Shown: positions 22,158-32,495 of the stretch, piece after piece | Layout of the letters: each line of letters opens with the position of its first letter | Numbering within the stretch: the stretch's first letter is position 1 | Assembly (NCBI GenBank): GCA_902593675.1 | Contig: CACJJI010000004.1 | Coordinates: 6,170 to 70,169, forward strand | Length of the DNA stretch: 64,000 nucleotides | Source: an uncultured SAR86 cluster bacterium | GTDB taxonomy: Bacteria; Pseudomonadota; Gammaproteobacteria; Magnimaribacterales; D2472 | Direction: 5' to 3' | Made by a program: the position numbers and the translations under genes | The notes under the pieces: generated by a model | Database searches by the model: none | What the model was told of the DNA's origin: nothing | The model's input: only the letters and a program-made list of their open reading frames with translations

Positions 22158-22183
22158 TTACTTACATTTGATATAATTATCAG

Positions 22184-22660
22184 ATGGATAAACTACCAAT
22201 TACTAAAACTGGAGAGCAAGAGCTTGCTGAAAAGCTGCACCAGCTGAAAACAAAGGATAGGCCTGAAATATCCCAAGCCATAGCTGAGGCTCGTGCTCAC
22301 GGCGATTTAAAAGAAAATGCTGAGTATCATGCTGCAAAAGAACAGCAAGGTTTTATTGAGGCAAAAATTCAAGAAATAGAGCATGCGCTTGCTAACGCTC
22401 AGGTTATTGATGTAAAAGAAATTCCTGAAACTGGCAGAGTTGTTTTTGGTGCAACGATAGATTTATATGACATTACCAATAAAAAGTCTATTACCTACAA
22501 GATAGTTGGCAATTTAGAATCTGATCCTGAAGCGGGATCGATCTCCATTCAAACACCAATTGCCCAAGGTTTAATGGGAAAGAATGTTGGTGATGAGGTA
22601 TCAATTTCTACTCCGTCTGGATCCATTGATCTGGAAATTGAAAAAGTTCAGCACATATAA
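22184..22660 (+). CDS. greA: Transcription elongation factor GreA
   Basis: 158 aa with the [18 protein letters not shown] coiled-coil finger motif. Confidence 0.93.
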   Translation: MDKLPITKTGEQELAEKLHQLKTKDRPEISQAIAEARAHGDLKENAEYHAAKEQQGFIEAKIQEIEHALANAQVIDVKEIPETGRVVFGATIDLYDITNKKSITYKIVGNLESDPEAGSISIQTPIAQGLMGKNVGDEVSISTPSGSIDLEIEKVQHI

Positions 22661-22665
22661 GATTC

Positions 22666-23238
22666 ATGCATGCTGATTCTTGGGCGTTAAAAGCAAAAAA
22701 GCATGGTTTACGATCTCGTGCAGTATTTAAATTAGAAGAAATTCTTTCAAGAACCAAGGCTCTTAAAAAAAATAGTTTAGTGCTTGATATTGGCTCAGCT
22801 CCAGGAGGCTGGTCTGAGCTAGTAAAAGCATCAACTCCATCATCCAATATTTATGCGATTGATCTTTTGCCAATGGACCCGATTGAAGGCGTTCACTTCT
22901 TTCAAGAAGACATTTTAAACGTTGATGAAATCAAAGATATTTTTTTACTTAAATCAAAATTTAACCTTGTTATTTCAGATTTAGCCCCCAATTTAACAGG
23001 TATAAGGGCAGTTGATGAAGAAAATATATTCGAGCTTAATATCATTACCCTTAGAGTGGCTGTAAACTATTTATGTAAAAGTAATGGAGCTTTTATTATG
23101 AAAAGTTTCCAAAATAGTATGCTAAAAAAACTAAGAATTGAAATGGAAAACAATTTCAATTTAGTTCAAACTTATAAACCTGCTGCTTCAAAGAGCAAGT
23201 CAGGCGAGATTTATTTATATGGAGAAATGCCAAAATGA
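22666..23238 (+). CDS. rlmE: 23S rRNA (uridine2552-2'-O)-methyltransferase
   Basis: Carries [13 protein letters not shown] and the SAM motif [10 protein letters not shown]. It sits directly upstream of ftsH as in E. coli. The N-terminus is about 20 aa shorter than in E. coli RlmE. Confidence 0.88.
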   Translation: MHADSWALKAKKHGLRSRAVFKLEEILSRTKALKKNSLVLDIGSAPGGWSELVKASTPSSNIYAIDLLPMDPIEGVHFFQEDILNVDEIKDIFLLKSKFNLVISDLAPNLTGIRAVDEENIFELNIITLRVAVNYLCKSNGAFIMKSFQNSMLKKLRIEMENNFNLVQTYKPAASKSKSGEIYLYGEMPK

Positions 23239-25148
23239 ATTCAGTTTTTAAAAATGCACTAGTTTGGGTTCTGCTGGGCTCTGCATTGATATTTATATTT
23301 AATAACGTTGAAAATGCATCTTCTTCAAAAAGGGAAATGATTTCATATAGTCAGTTCAAACAAGAAGTTCTTTCAGATCGAGTTGCCAAGGTAACATACA
23401 AGGGCGACCAGATGACTATATTTGGTGAGCGTCTAGATGGCACAAGGTTTGAAACACGTCATCCAATATACAAAAGAGATGAGTCTGTCGATAATGCAAT
23501 TGAAGAGCATGGGGTTATTACTGTTTTTGAAAGTGTTGAGCAGCCTTCAATTTGGTCCCAACTTTTAGTTGGAGCTTTTCCAATTTTATTACTTCTTGGT
23601 ATATTTTTCTTTTTCATGCGACAAATGCAAGGTGGAATGTCTGGAAGAGGCGGACCAATGGCGTTTGGTAAGAGCAAAGCAAAATTAATGGAAGGTGGAA
23701 AAGTTACCACTACTTTTGAAGATGTTGCTGGATGTGAAGAAGCCAAGCAAGATGTTCAAGAGCTAGTTGATTTTTTAAGAGATCCAACTAAATTTCAAAA
23801 ACTAGGTGGAAAAATTCCACGAGGCGTCTTGATGGTAGGCCCTCCAGGTACTGGTAAAACACTTCTGGCAAGAGCCATTGCTGGAGAGGCGAAAGTACCA
23901 TTCTTCTCTATATCTGGATCAGACTTTGTTGAGATGTTTGTCGGAGTGGGCGCATCCAGAGTCAGAGATATGTTTGAGCAGGCTCAGAAGAGTTCACCAT
24001 GCATCGTATTTATTGACGAGATTGATGCTGTTGGGCGCCATAGAGGAGCTGGAATGGGCGGAGGCCATGATGAAAGAGAGCAAACATTAAATCAATTGCT
24101 TGTAGAAATGGATGGTTTTGATGGCAATGATGGAGTGATTGTTGTTGCAGCAACCAATAGACCAGATGTCCTTGACCCAGCGCTATTAAGACCTGGACGC
24201 TTTGATAGACAGGTTGTTGTAGACTTGCCTGATTTAAGAGGCAGAGAACAAATTCTAAAAGTGCACATGAAAAAGGTTCCACTTTCAAAAGATGTGGATG
24301 CTCTTGTAATAGCCAGAGGAACGCCAGGTTTTTCTGGGGCAGATCTTGCTAATTTAATTAATGAAGCTGCATTATTTGCTGCGAGATATGGCGATAAAAA
24401 AGTTGATCAAAGTCATCTAGACTTAGCGAAGGATAAAATCATGATGGGCCCAGAGCGTAAATCTATGATTATGACCGATGAGCAAAAAAGAATCACTGCT
24501 TATCATGAGGCTGGCCATGCAATAGTAGGCCGACTAAGCCCTGAGCATGATCCTGTATACAAAGTAACTATCATTCCTCGAGGAAGGGCTCTTGGCGTAA
24601 CAATGTTTTTACCTGAAGAAGATAGATATATGCAAAGTAAGCAGTATCTTCATAGTAGAATTGCCGCGCTTTTTGGGGGAAGAATTGCAGAAGAAATCAT
24701 CAATGGAAAAGATGGTATTACAACCGGCGCATCCAATGATATTGAAGTGGCGACTGGAATTGCTACCAATATGGTTACTAAATGGGGTTTATCTGATTTA
24801 GGACCATTAAAATATGGTGAGGATGATTCAAGTCCATTCCTAGGAAGATCTGCATCTATGGCGCCCAAAGGTATTGGTGGAGAGACATCTAACAGTATTG
24901 ACTTAGAAGTAAAGAAAATTATAGATACCAATTATAAAAAGGCCACTAAGCTGCTCAAGGATAATCTTGATAAATTACACACCATGGCAGAATCGCTTCT
25001 TACATACGAAACAATTGATTCCGACCAAATCGATGACATTATGGCAGGAGCCAAGCCAAGAGCCCCAAAGGATTGGGATGAGCCTAAAGCGCCAAATAGC
25101 AAAACTTCTAAAAAAACATCCATAAAGGGTCCTGCAGAAGAGTTATAA
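23235..25148 (+). CDS. ftsH: ATP-dependent zinc metalloprotease FtsH
   Basis: Has two N-terminal TM segments, the Walker A motif GPPGTGKT, an SRH region and the HEAGHA zinc motif. Confidence 0.97.
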   Translation: MNSVFKNALVWVLLGSALIFIFNNVENASSSKREMISYSQFKQEVLSDRVAKVTYKGDQMTIFGERLDGTRFETRHPIYKRDESVDNAIEEHGVITVFESVEQPSIWSQLLVGAFPILLLLGIFFFFMRQMQGGMSGRGGPMAFGKSKAKLMEGGKVTTTFEDVAGCEEAKQDVQELVDFLRDPTKFQKLGGKIPRGVLMVGPPGTGKTLLARAIAGEAKVPFFSISGSDFVEMFVGVGASRVRDMFEQAQKSSPCIVFIDEIDAVGRHRGAGMGGGHDEREQTLNQLLVEMDGFDGNDGVIVVAATNRPDVLDPALLRPGRFDRQVVVDLPDLRGREQILKVHMKKVPLSKDVDALVIARGTPGFSGADLANLINEAALFAARYGDKKVDQSHLDLAKDKIMMGPERKSMIMTDEQKRITAYHEAGHAIVGRLSPEHDPVYKVTIIPRGRALGVTMFLPEEDRYMQSKQYLHSRIAALFGGRIAEEIINGKDGITTGASNDIEVATGIATNMVTKWGLSDLGPLKYGEDDSSPFLGRSASMAPKGIGGETSNSIDLEVKKIIDTNYKKATKLLKDNLDKLHTMAESLLTYETIDSDQIDDIMAGAKPRAPKDWDEPKAPNSKTSKKTSIKGPAEEL

Positions 25149-25157
25149 TCTTTTTCC

Positions 25158-26474
25158 ATGACTATAAAATTTGGTACTGATGGGATTCGCGGCCCAGTCG
25201 AATCTAAAATTACTCCCGAAGTCTGCTTAAGAATAGGCCACGCAGCTGGAGTAGTACTAAAAGAAATGGGCTGGGAAACAGTTCTAATTGGCAAAGATAC
25301 TCGTGTTTCAGGTTACATGCTTGAGTCAGCCCTGCAAGCTGGCTTTATAGCTGCTGGAGTAAACGTTAGATTGCTTGGCCCACTTCCAACACCCGGAGTA
25401 GCGTATCTAACACGATCATTAAGAAATCAATTCGGGTTAGTAATTAGTGCCTCTCATAACAACTATCTAGATAATGGGATTAAGTTGTTTGCTGGAACTG
25501 GCGAAAAAATCTCTAAAGATGCTGAAAAAAAAATAGAGAAGCTGCTTGCAGGAGACTTAAAGCCAGTTAAAACAGCTGAGCTAGGGAAAGCTCAAAGATT
25601 TGACGAGTCAGGAGACAGATATATAGAGTTTTGCAAATCAACTGTTCCTCCTGATGTTTCATTTGAATCATTAAGAATAGTGCTTGATTGCGCAAATGGG
25701 GCTTGCTACAAAGTAAGTCCATCAATTTTGAAGGAGCTAGGAGCAGAAGTAATCTCGATGGGAGCCGAACCAGATGGATACAATATCAATCATGAATGTG
25801 GCTCTACTCATCCTGAAAAAGTTCAAGAAGAAGTTATTAAACAGAGAGCAGATTTTGGAATAGCGCTAGATGGAGATGGAGATAGAGTTGTTCTGATAGA
25901 TAGAAAAGGCAATATTTTAGATGGCGACGATATTATGTACATTCTTGCTTACGCTAATCCTAATAGAACTGGTCCATGGTCTGGAATAGTAGGAACTTCA
26001 ATGACTAATCTTGGTTTTGAAGAAGGTGTAAAAAAATTAGGATATAAGTTTAAAAGAGCTGATGTAGGCGATAAGTATGTAAGTCAGATGTTGCAGAAAG
26101 AAGGCTGGATGCTTGGGGGTGAGCCTTCAGGCCATATCATTTGCCGTGACTTAGTTAGTACAGGGGATGGAACAATTGCTGCCTTGAAAGTTATATCTTC
26201 TTTATTGATTTTAGAAAAAGACCCTGAAGATGTATTACATAATTACTCAAAAATGCCTCAGATCAACATAAATGTTGAAGTTGAAAACAAAGATATTCTT
26301 TCAGATTCTGAAATTCAAAAAAAGTTAAAAGAAGTCGAATCTGATCTGACAGTTGGTAGAGTTCTGGTAAGGCCCTCTGGAACTGAAAGTAAGATCAGAA
26401 TAATGGTTGAATCAGATGATGAGATAACAGCAACGAAATATGCAAAAGATATTGCACAAATGTTCAAAAAATAA
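25158..26474 (+). CDS. glmM: Phosphoglucosamine mutase
   Basis: Active-site loop is SASHNNYLDNGIK (usually SASHNP..DNGIK). Also has GDGDR and a GEPSGH-type sugar loop. Confidence 0.92.
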   Translation: MTIKFGTDGIRGPVESKITPEVCLRIGHAAGVVLKEMGWETVLIGKDTRVSGYMLESALQAGFIAAGVNVRLLGPLPTPGVAYLTRSLRNQFGLVISASHNNYLDNGIKLFAGTGEKISKDAEKKIEKLLAGDLKPVKTAELGKAQRFDESGDRYIEFCKSTVPPDVSFESLRIVLDCANGACYKVSPSILKELGAEVISMGAEPDGYNINHECGSTHPEKVQEEVIKQRADFGIALDGDGDRVVLIDRKGNILDGDDIMYILAYANPNRTGPWSGIVGTSMTNLGFEEGVKKLGYKFKRADVGDKYVSQMLQKEGWMLGGEPSGHIICRDLVSTGDGTIAALKVISSLLILEKDPEDVLHNYSKMPQININVEVENKDILSDSEIQKKLKEVESDLTVGRVLVRPSGTESKIRIMVESDDEITATKYAKDIAQMFKK

Positions 26475-26477
26475 CTT

Positions 26478-27236
26478 ATGTCCTTGCGCCTAGTAGCAAA
26501 TTGGAAACTCAATGGGTCCAGAGAATTTAATCATGAATGGGCGCTTGGATTTTTTAGTAATTTTAAAGGCAATAGTTTTACCTTTTTGGGAATTGCACCA
26601 GCTTCTTTATACATAGATCATTTGAGGGGTGTGATCGGTGATCATGACATAAAGATTGGCTCTCAAAATATAGACCTGATGGAAACAGGTGCGCGCACTG
26701 GGGAGATTTCAGCCTCGATGATTAAAGATCTAGGATGTACATTTAGCATTATAGGCCATTCTGAGAGACGAATATTGTTCCAAGAAACTAATGAGATAAT
26801 TTGTAAGAAATTAATTCAAGCAGATAATAATTCTGTAACTCCAATTTTATGTGTTGGAGAGTCAGCAGAAGAAAATCAAAGTAATTTTACTTTCAAGGTA
26901 CTTGAGCAACAAATTATTGAGGCACTTGATGATGCAGATGAGCTGAGTTCTTTGGTTATTGCTTATGAACCGGTTTGGGCGATTGGATCTGGCAAAACAC
27001 CTAATCCAGAAGAAATAAATTCAGTTCATGAAATGATCAAAGATGTAGTACAATCTCGTTTTCCAAAAATTGGTCTAGAATCAGTTTTGTATGGAGGGAG
27101 TGTAAATCTTAAAAATGCATTATCTTTGTTTGAGCAAAAAAATATTGATGGAGCATTGATAGGCGGAGCTTCTTTGGATGGAAGAGAGTTTGCTTTAATT
27201 GCAAATATCCTTAACGAATTAATGGTACAACAATGA
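26478..27236 (+). CDS. tpiA: Triose-phosphate isomerase
   Basis: Carries the ANWKLNG, IGHSERR and AYEPVWAIGSG motifs. Confidence 0.9.
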   Translation: MSLRLVANWKLNGSREFNHEWALGFFSNFKGNSFTFLGIAPASLYIDHLRGVIGDHDIKIGSQNIDLMETGARTGEISASMIKDLGCTFSIIGHSERRILFQETNEIICKKLIQADNNSVTPILCVGESAEENQSNFTFKVLEQQIIEALDDADELSSLVIAYEPVWAIGSGKTPNPEEINSVHEMIKDVVQSRFPKIGLESVLYGGSVNLKNALSLFEQKNIDGALIGGASLDGREFALIANILNELMVQQ

Positions 27237-27538
27237 TTATCACAACAATTAAAATTATCTGCATTATCTTAGCAATTGTATTAATTGTCTTAGTAATTTT
27301 GCAACAAGGAAAAGGTTCTGACTTAGGTTCAGCCTTTGGTGGAGGATCTTCAAATTCAATGTTTGGCGCGGTAGGACCCTCTAATTTTCTTGGAAAACTG
27401 ACAGCATTTATTGCTGCTCTTTTCTTAATATTGAATTTAGCTCAAGCAATGCTATTAAAAAATGCTAATACTGAAGTTTTGTTTACTGATGAAGAAATTC
27501 AAGAAGCAACAAAAACTACTGAAATCCCAGTAGATTAG
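27233..27538 (+). CDS. secG: Preprotein translocase subunit SecG
   Basis: 101 aa with two TM segments flanking GKGSDLGSAFGGGSSNSMFG. Its position after glmM/tpiA is conserved. Confidence 0.8.
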   Translation: MIITTIKIICIILAIVLIVLVILQQGKGSDLGSAFGGGSSNSMFGAVGPSNFLGKLTAFIAALFLILNLAQAMLLKNANTEVLFTDEEIQEATKTTEIPVD

Positions 27539-27571
27539 GGTAATAAGGTCTTTAAATTCTATAAATAGAGA

Positions 27572-27658
27572 TGGTGCCGAAAGCGGGACTTGAACCCGCA
27601 CGAGCTTTCGCTCACTAACCCCTCAAGCTAGCGTGTCTACCAATTCCACCACTTCGGC
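27572..27658 (-). tRNA. leuU: tRNA-Leu (anticodon GAG), class II with long variable arm
   Basis: The reverse complement reads GCCGAAGTGGTGGAATTGGTAGACACGCTAGCTTGAGGGGTTAGTGAGCGAAAGCTCGTGCGGGTTCAAGTCCCGCTTTCGGCACCA. This gives an anticodon loop TTGAGGG and an encoded CCA, and is close to E. coli leuU. Confidence 0.9.
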
Positions 27659-27668
27659 AAAGTGGAGA

Positions 27669-27677
27669 ATTATACCA
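27669..27677 (-). promoter_or_regulatory. Candidate extended -10 promoter (TGgTATAAT) for tRNA-Leu
   Basis: The minus strand reads TGGTATAAT, ending about 10 nt upstream of the tRNA-Leu 5' end. No good -35 element is present. Confidence 0.4.
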
Positions 27678-27714
27678 AGTTAAATTTTAATTACTTAAAT
27701 AAATTTGAATTGAC

Positions 27715-27742
27715 TTGACCTCAAGTGCTTGCTTTCTATACA
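27715..27742 (+). promoter_or_regulatory. Candidate sigma70 promoter of the tRNA-fMet-rimP-nusA-infB operon
   Basis: TTGACC (27715-27720), a 16-nt spacer and TATACA (27737-27742) end about 17 nt before the tRNA. The -35 lies within a pentamer run, TTGAA-TTGAC-TTGAC (27705-27719). Confidence 0.4.
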
Positions 27743-27758
27743 CTCTATTTCTCTGCGA

Positions 27759-27835
<77 letters not shown>

Positions 27836-27852
27836 GTAAATTTAATACGAAC

Positions 27853-27880
27853 TGGGGCAATGGCCCCATTTTTATTTTTT
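27853..27880 (+). terminator. Rho-independent terminator/attenuator between tRNA-fMet and rimP
   Basis: Stem TGGGGC (27853-27858) / GCCCCA (27863-27868) with loop AATG, followed by TTTTTATTTTTT. This is analogous to the metY-proximal attenuator of the E. coli nusA operon. Confidence 0.7.
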
Positions 27881-27885
27881 GAGAT

Positions 27886-28362
27886 ATGAGAATTGAAGAA
27901 ATTGAACGTGCCATCGAACCTGTTGTAACCAGTCATGGTTGCGAGCTTTGGGGTGTGGAATTATTGAGAGGTAAAAAAAGACCCACAATCAGAATCTTTA
28001 TTGATGCCATTTCTGGTGCAACCATAGATGATTGTGAGAAGGTAGCAAAGGATCTTAACTTTGAGCTCGCTTTAAATGATACATTTTTAGATCAGGATTA
28101 TGTTCTGGAGGTATCTACACCAGGCATAGATAGAAAGTTTTTTAAAGCTGAACAGCTTTCTGCGTTTCTTAAAGAAGAATTTGATTTAAAGTTAAGAGAG
28201 ATTAAGAATGGTAAAAAGACTCTGGTGGCTAAGCTTGTAGACGTAAATGGTGATGAGATTTTGTTTCATTGCGGGGAAGAAAAAATGAGTTTAAATTTCT
28301 TAGATCTTGATCTATGTAGATTAAAACCAGATTTTGAAGAACTTATGAGGGTAAATAAATAA
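27886..28362 (+). CDS. rimP: Ribosome maturation factor RimP
   Basis: 158 aa with the LEVSTPGIDRKF motif. It lies immediately upstream of nusA. Confidence 0.88.
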   Translation: MRIEEIERAIEPVVTSHGCELWGVELLRGKKRPTIRIFIDAISGATIDDCEKVAKDLNFELALNDTFLDQDYVLEVSTPGIDRKFFKAEQLSAFLKEEFDLKLREIKNGKKTLVAKLVDVNGDEILFHCGEEKMSLNFLDLDLCRLKPDFEELMRVNK

Positions 28363-29825
28363 TGGAAAGTATTGAAATTTTAGCAGTAGTCGAATCTGTT
28401 TCTAACGAGAAGGGAATTGAAGAAGGAACAATTTTTCGGGCTTTAGAGACTGCAATTGCAAGCGCATCTCTTAGACATTTTCATGAAGATGCAGATATAT
28501 CTGTTTCCATTGATCGAGACTCAGGCGAATACTCAACTTATAGGCATTGGCTTGTAGAGGATGAGAATTCTGAAGAGTTTCATAAGGAAACTCATATTAC
28601 AGAGTCGGACTCTAAAATGAAGATCGGCGATACCTTTTCCAAAGATGTAGATAATATTGTATTTGGAAGAATAGAAACTCAGGCAGCTCGTCAAGTCATG
28701 ATGCAAAAGGTTCGTGAGGCCGAGAGAGACACAATTGTGGCAATGTTTAAATCTCAAGACAATTCTTTAATGAGCGGTATTGTTAAAAGAGTAACTAGGG
28801 ATAATATTATTGTTGATATTGGAAATGACATTGAAGCAATTCTTCCCAGAGATCAATTGCTTCCAGGTGAGATATACAAAATTAATGATAGGATGCGAGC
28901 CATACTTCAAATTAAAGAAATCGAAGGCAGGGGTTCTCAGCTAATGTTAAGTAGAACATGCTCTGAAATGGTAACAGAATTATTTAGAATTGAAGTTCCT
29001 GAAATCAACGAGGATATTATTGAAATTAGAGGAATTGCTCGAGATGCGGGCTCAAGATCTAAAATTTCTGTTAAAACAAATGATGGGCGAATTGATCCTG
29101 TGGGAGCTTGTGTTGGAATGCGTGGTTCAAGAGTTCAGTCAGTTTCTGGTGAACTCGGAAATGAAAGAATAGATATTATTATTTATGACGATAATCCTGC
29201 ACAAATGGTAATTAACTCCCTTGCTCCTGCAAAAGTTGAATCAATTGTTATGGATGAGGATTCTCGCTCCATGGAGCTTGCTGTAAATGAAGAAAATCTA
29301 GCCCTTGCTATTGGTTCAAGAGGTCAAAATATTAGATTAGCATCCAGACTTGTCGGGTGGGAATTAAACATAATAAGTAGCAATGAAGCTGAAGCAAAAG
29401 AGAGAGTTGTGGAGGCAGAATTTCAAGCCAAGCTTATGGATAATCTAAGCATTGACGAAAAAGAGGCTGAAGCTCTAATTAGAGGAGGATTTCTAACTTT
29501 TGATGATGTTGCTTATGCTGAAGACGACAAACTATCTTCTGCTATGGAAATTGATGCAGGAAGAGCTGAGGAAATTAAAGCTGCAGCTGCAGACGCAGCT
29601 TTGATGGAAGCCATGGGCGAGATTACTCAAGAAGAATCAAACTTAGAATCACTTACAGACTTAGGCTTTAGTGAAGAAGAGGTTGAAACTCTTGTTTCTA
29701 ATGCTTTGAAAAGTAAAGATGACATTGCAGAGTTAGCCGTTGATGAACTTCAAGATATTATTGAGATCACTGAAAAGAAGGCAGCAGATATTATAATGAA
29801 AGCTAGAGAAAGCTGGTTTAATTAA
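28362..29825 (+). CDS. nusA: Transcription termination/antitermination factor NusA
   Basis: Contains S1 and KH domains (GACVGMRGSRVQ) and acidic C-terminal repeats. Confidence 0.95.
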   Translation: MESIEILAVVESVSNEKGIEEGTIFRALETAIASASLRHFHEDADISVSIDRDSGEYSTYRHWLVEDENSEEFHKETHITESDSKMKIGDTFSKDVDNIVFGRIETQAARQVMMQKVREAERDTIVAMFKSQDNSLMSGIVKRVTRDNIIVDIGNDIEAILPRDQLLPGEIYKINDRMRAILQIKEIEGRGSQLMLSRTCSEMVTELFRIEVPEINEDIIEIRGIARDAGSRSKISVKTNDGRIDPVGACVGMRGSRVQSVSGELGNERIDIIIYDDNPAQMVINSLAPAKVESIVMDEDSRSMELAVNEENLALAIGSRGQNIRLASRLVGWELNIISSNEAEAKERVVEAEFQAKLMDNLSIDEKEAEALIRGGFLTFDDVAYAEDDKLSSAMEIDAGRAEEIKAAAADAALMEAMGEITQEESNLESLTDLGFSEEEVETLVSNALKSKDDIAELAVDELQDIIEITEKKAADIIMKARESWFN

Positions 29826-29845
29826 AATAAAAGGAAGTTATTACT

Positions 29846-32149
29846 TTGGGACTTACAGTAAAAGATTTTGCAAAAACCTTAAAAATTAAGGATGATGCTT
29901 TATTGGAGAGAATGAAGGCTGCTGGGCTTTCGCACAGTAAAGCTTCAGATGAAATAACTCCTGCTGATAAATTAGCGATACTTAAATCATTAAAAGAGCG
30001 AAAAAGCCCTGGATCTTCCTCAGTTTCTTCATCTACAAGCAGTGGAGGAGTAACAGTTAAGTCAAAGGGTACGCTTTCTCAGCCTGCCACTTCCGCTACT
30101 AGCTCATCTGAAGGTCTTTCAGATAACATTGAGGCAAAAAGGCAAGCAGCTGCTGAAAACTTGAAAGAACAGCAGCAAAAAAGGGAAGATCAAATTAAGG
30201 AGGCTATTCGTTTAAAACAAGAACAACAACAAGCTGCAAAGAAAGCACAACAGCAAAAAACTGCTACCCAACAAAAACCTCAACCAAGAGTCAATATTAA
30301 AGATCAATTGTCTCGAGCTGCTAAGGATTATTCTCGAAGAGAAACTAGTTTTAGTGAGGGCACTGAGCACCAATTTGCAAAGCCTGCTGAATTCATCAAG
30401 CGCGACATAGAAGTGCCAGAAATGATTCAGGTTGGTGAATTGGCTAAGCTAATGTTTATTAAAGGCGGGGAAGTTGTCAAAGTCCTAATGAGCATGGGAG
30501 TTGCGGCATCAATTAATGATTCTATAGATCAAGAAACTGGTATCTTAGTTGCAGAAGAGTTAGGTCATAATGGAATTGCATTGAGTGATTCATCCGTAGA
30601 AGATGAGATCATTGGTAACATAAATTATTCAGATACTCCTAAAACAAGAGCACCCGTTATAACGGTCATGGGTCATGTTGATCACGGAAAGACAACTTTG
30701 CTTGATTTTATTCGCAAGACTAAAGTTGTTGATGGAGAGGCTGGCGGAATTACTCAACATATTGGAGCATATCAAGTACCGGTTGGTGAATCTGTCATTA
30801 CTTTTATAGATACTCCTGGTCATGCAGCATTTTCCTCGATGAGAGCTAGGGGAGCTAATACAACCGACGTTGTAATTTTGGTTGTAGCTGCAAATGACGG
30901 AGTTATGCCACAAACAGAAGAAGCCATTAATCACGCTAAAGCAGCTGATGTTTCGATTGTTGTTGCGATTAACAAAATGGATCTTCAGGGTGCAGATGTA
31001 GAGAGGATTAAAGGAGATTTAGCTGCAAAAGATTTAACTCCAGAGGATTGGGGTGGAAATATTCAAATGGTTCCAGTTTCAGCATTAAATGGTGACGGAG
31101 TTGATAAGCTGCTTGAAGCCGTAGTTCTAGAGTCTGAGCTTTTAGAACTTAAGGCTCACTATGAGGGGCAAGCTCAAGGAGTTGTTATTGAGTCTGAGTT
31201 AGATAAATTTAGAGGAGCTGTTGCTACTTTGCTTGTTCAAAACGGCACACTGAAAGTTGGAGATATGGTTGTTTGCGGCTCTGCAGTTGGAAAAGTAAAA
31301 AGCATAATTGGCTCTGATGGAAGTAAATTAAAATCTGCCGAACCTTCATTTGCTGTAGAGATATTGGGTCTAAGCAGTGTTCCTGATGCAGGTGAAACTT
31401 TCCAAGTAGTGAAGAATGATAAAGAAGCACGTGAAATAGCGGAATTTAGGGAAAACAAACTTAAAGATCGAAAAGTACTAAAACAGAGAGACGAAAGCAT
31501 TGGGAATATATTTGAGTCAATGGGTCAGTCAGATAAAAAAGTTCTTAATGTTATATTAAAATCAGATGTTGCGGGTACCTCTGAGGCGATTGTGGCGGCA
31601 TTAGCTGATATTGGAAATGATGATGCATCCATTAAAGTAGTTGCTTCAGGTGTTGGAGGTATCTCCGAATCAGATGCAAACCTAGCTCTAGCTACAGAAT
31701 CGATTATCCTAGGATTTAATGTTCGTTCAGACAATGCTGCGAAAAAGATTGTTGAAGGCGAAGAGCTAGTTCTTTCTTATCACAGTATTATTTATGAATT
31801 AATAGATGAAGTTAAGGCTAGATTAAGTGGTTTGTTAGATCCAATTGTTAAAGAACAAATTGTAGGAACAGCTGAGGTTCTTGAAGTATTTAATTCTCCT
31901 AAATTTGGACAAGTAGCTGGATGCACGGTAATTGAAGGATCTATATTTAAAAGCAAGCCTGTAAGAGTTCTCAGAGATGATGTTGTAATTCATCAAGGCG
32001 AATTAGATTCATTAAGAAGATTCAAAGATGATGTCGGAGAAGTTAAATCCGGCACTGAATGTGGTGTTGGCATCAAGAACTATAAGGATATTCGACCTGG
32101 CGACAAAGTAGAAGTTTTTGATAGAAAAGAAGAGGCTCAAAGTATTTAA
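29846..32149 (+). CDS. infB: Translation initiation factor IF-2
   Basis: TTG start with AGGA about 10 nt upstream. Has a Q/K-rich N-terminal region and the GTPase motifs GHVDHGKTT, DTPGH and NKMD. Confidence 0.96.
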   Translation: MGLTVKDFAKTLKIKDDALLERMKAAGLSHSKASDEITPADKLAILKSLKERKSPGSSSVSSSTSSGGVTVKSKGTLSQPATSATSSSEGLSDNIEAKRQAAAENLKEQQQKREDQIKEAIRLKQEQQQAAKKAQQQKTATQQKPQPRVNIKDQLSRAAKDYSRRETSFSEGTEHQFAKPAEFIKRDIEVPEMIQVGELAKLMFIKGGEVVKVLMSMGVAASINDSIDQETGILVAEELGHNGIALSDSSVEDEIIGNINYSDTPKTRAPVITVMGHVDHGKTTLLDFIRKTKVVDGEAGGITQHIGAYQVPVGESVITFIDTPGHAAFSSMRARGANTTDVVILVVAANDGVMPQTEEAINHAKAADVSIVVAINKMDLQGADVERIKGDLAAKDLTPEDWGGNIQMVPVSALNGDGVDKLLEAVVLESELLELKAHYEGQAQGVVIESELDKFRGAVATLLVQNGTLKVGDMVVCGSAVGKVKSIIGSDGSKLKSAEPSFAVEILGLSSVPDAGETFQVVKNDKEAREIAEFRENKLKDRKVLKQRDESIGNIFESMGQSDKKVLNVILKSDVAGTSEAIVAALADIGNDDASIKVVASGVGGISESDANLALATESIILGFNVRSDNAAKKIVEGEELVLSYHSIIYELIDEVKARLSGLLDPIVKEQIVGTAEVLEVFNSPKFGQVAGCTVIEGSIFKSKPVRVLRDDVVIHQGELDSLRRFKDDVGEVKSGTECGVGIKNYKDIRPGDKVEVFDRKEEAQSI

Positions 32150-32153
32150 TAGT

Positions 32154-32495
32154 ATGTCTTCAACCAGGGTTCCGAAGATAGAAGATTTTTTAAAAAAAGA
32201 AATATCTCAAATAATTTCTTCTCAAGTAAAAGACCCACGATATAAATTTTTAAATATTGTAGATGTTAAGTGCTCAAACGACCTTGGCGTTGCTAAAGTT
32301 TTTTATACCATTATCAATGGAGATATTTCCGACTCACCAGATAACAAATCTCTTGAAAAATTTTCTTCAATGGTCAGGTCTAAGCTTTCAAAATTTATGC
32401 AGATTAGAAGAGTCCCAAAACTCATATTTAAATATGATGAAAGCTTGGAAAGATACAATAACATTGATGCATTATTAAATTCATTAAGTGATTAA
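32154..32495 (+). CDS. rbfA: Ribosome-binding factor A
   Basis: C-terminal RRVPKLIFKYDESLE motif. ATG 32154 is preferred because the longest ORF (from 32118) would overlap the end of infB. Confidence 0.88.
   Translation: MSSTRVPKIEDFLKKEISQIISSQVKDPRYKFLNIVDVKCSNDLGVAKVFYTIINGDISDSPDNKSLEKFSSMVRSKLSKFMQIRRVPKLIFKYDESLERYNNIDALLNSLSD

Noticed and set aside
32118-32153. Longer rbfA ORF starting inside infB
   Set aside because: The extension (MIEKKRLKVFNS) overlaps the infB C-terminus. ATG 32154 gives a typical RbfA N-terminus.
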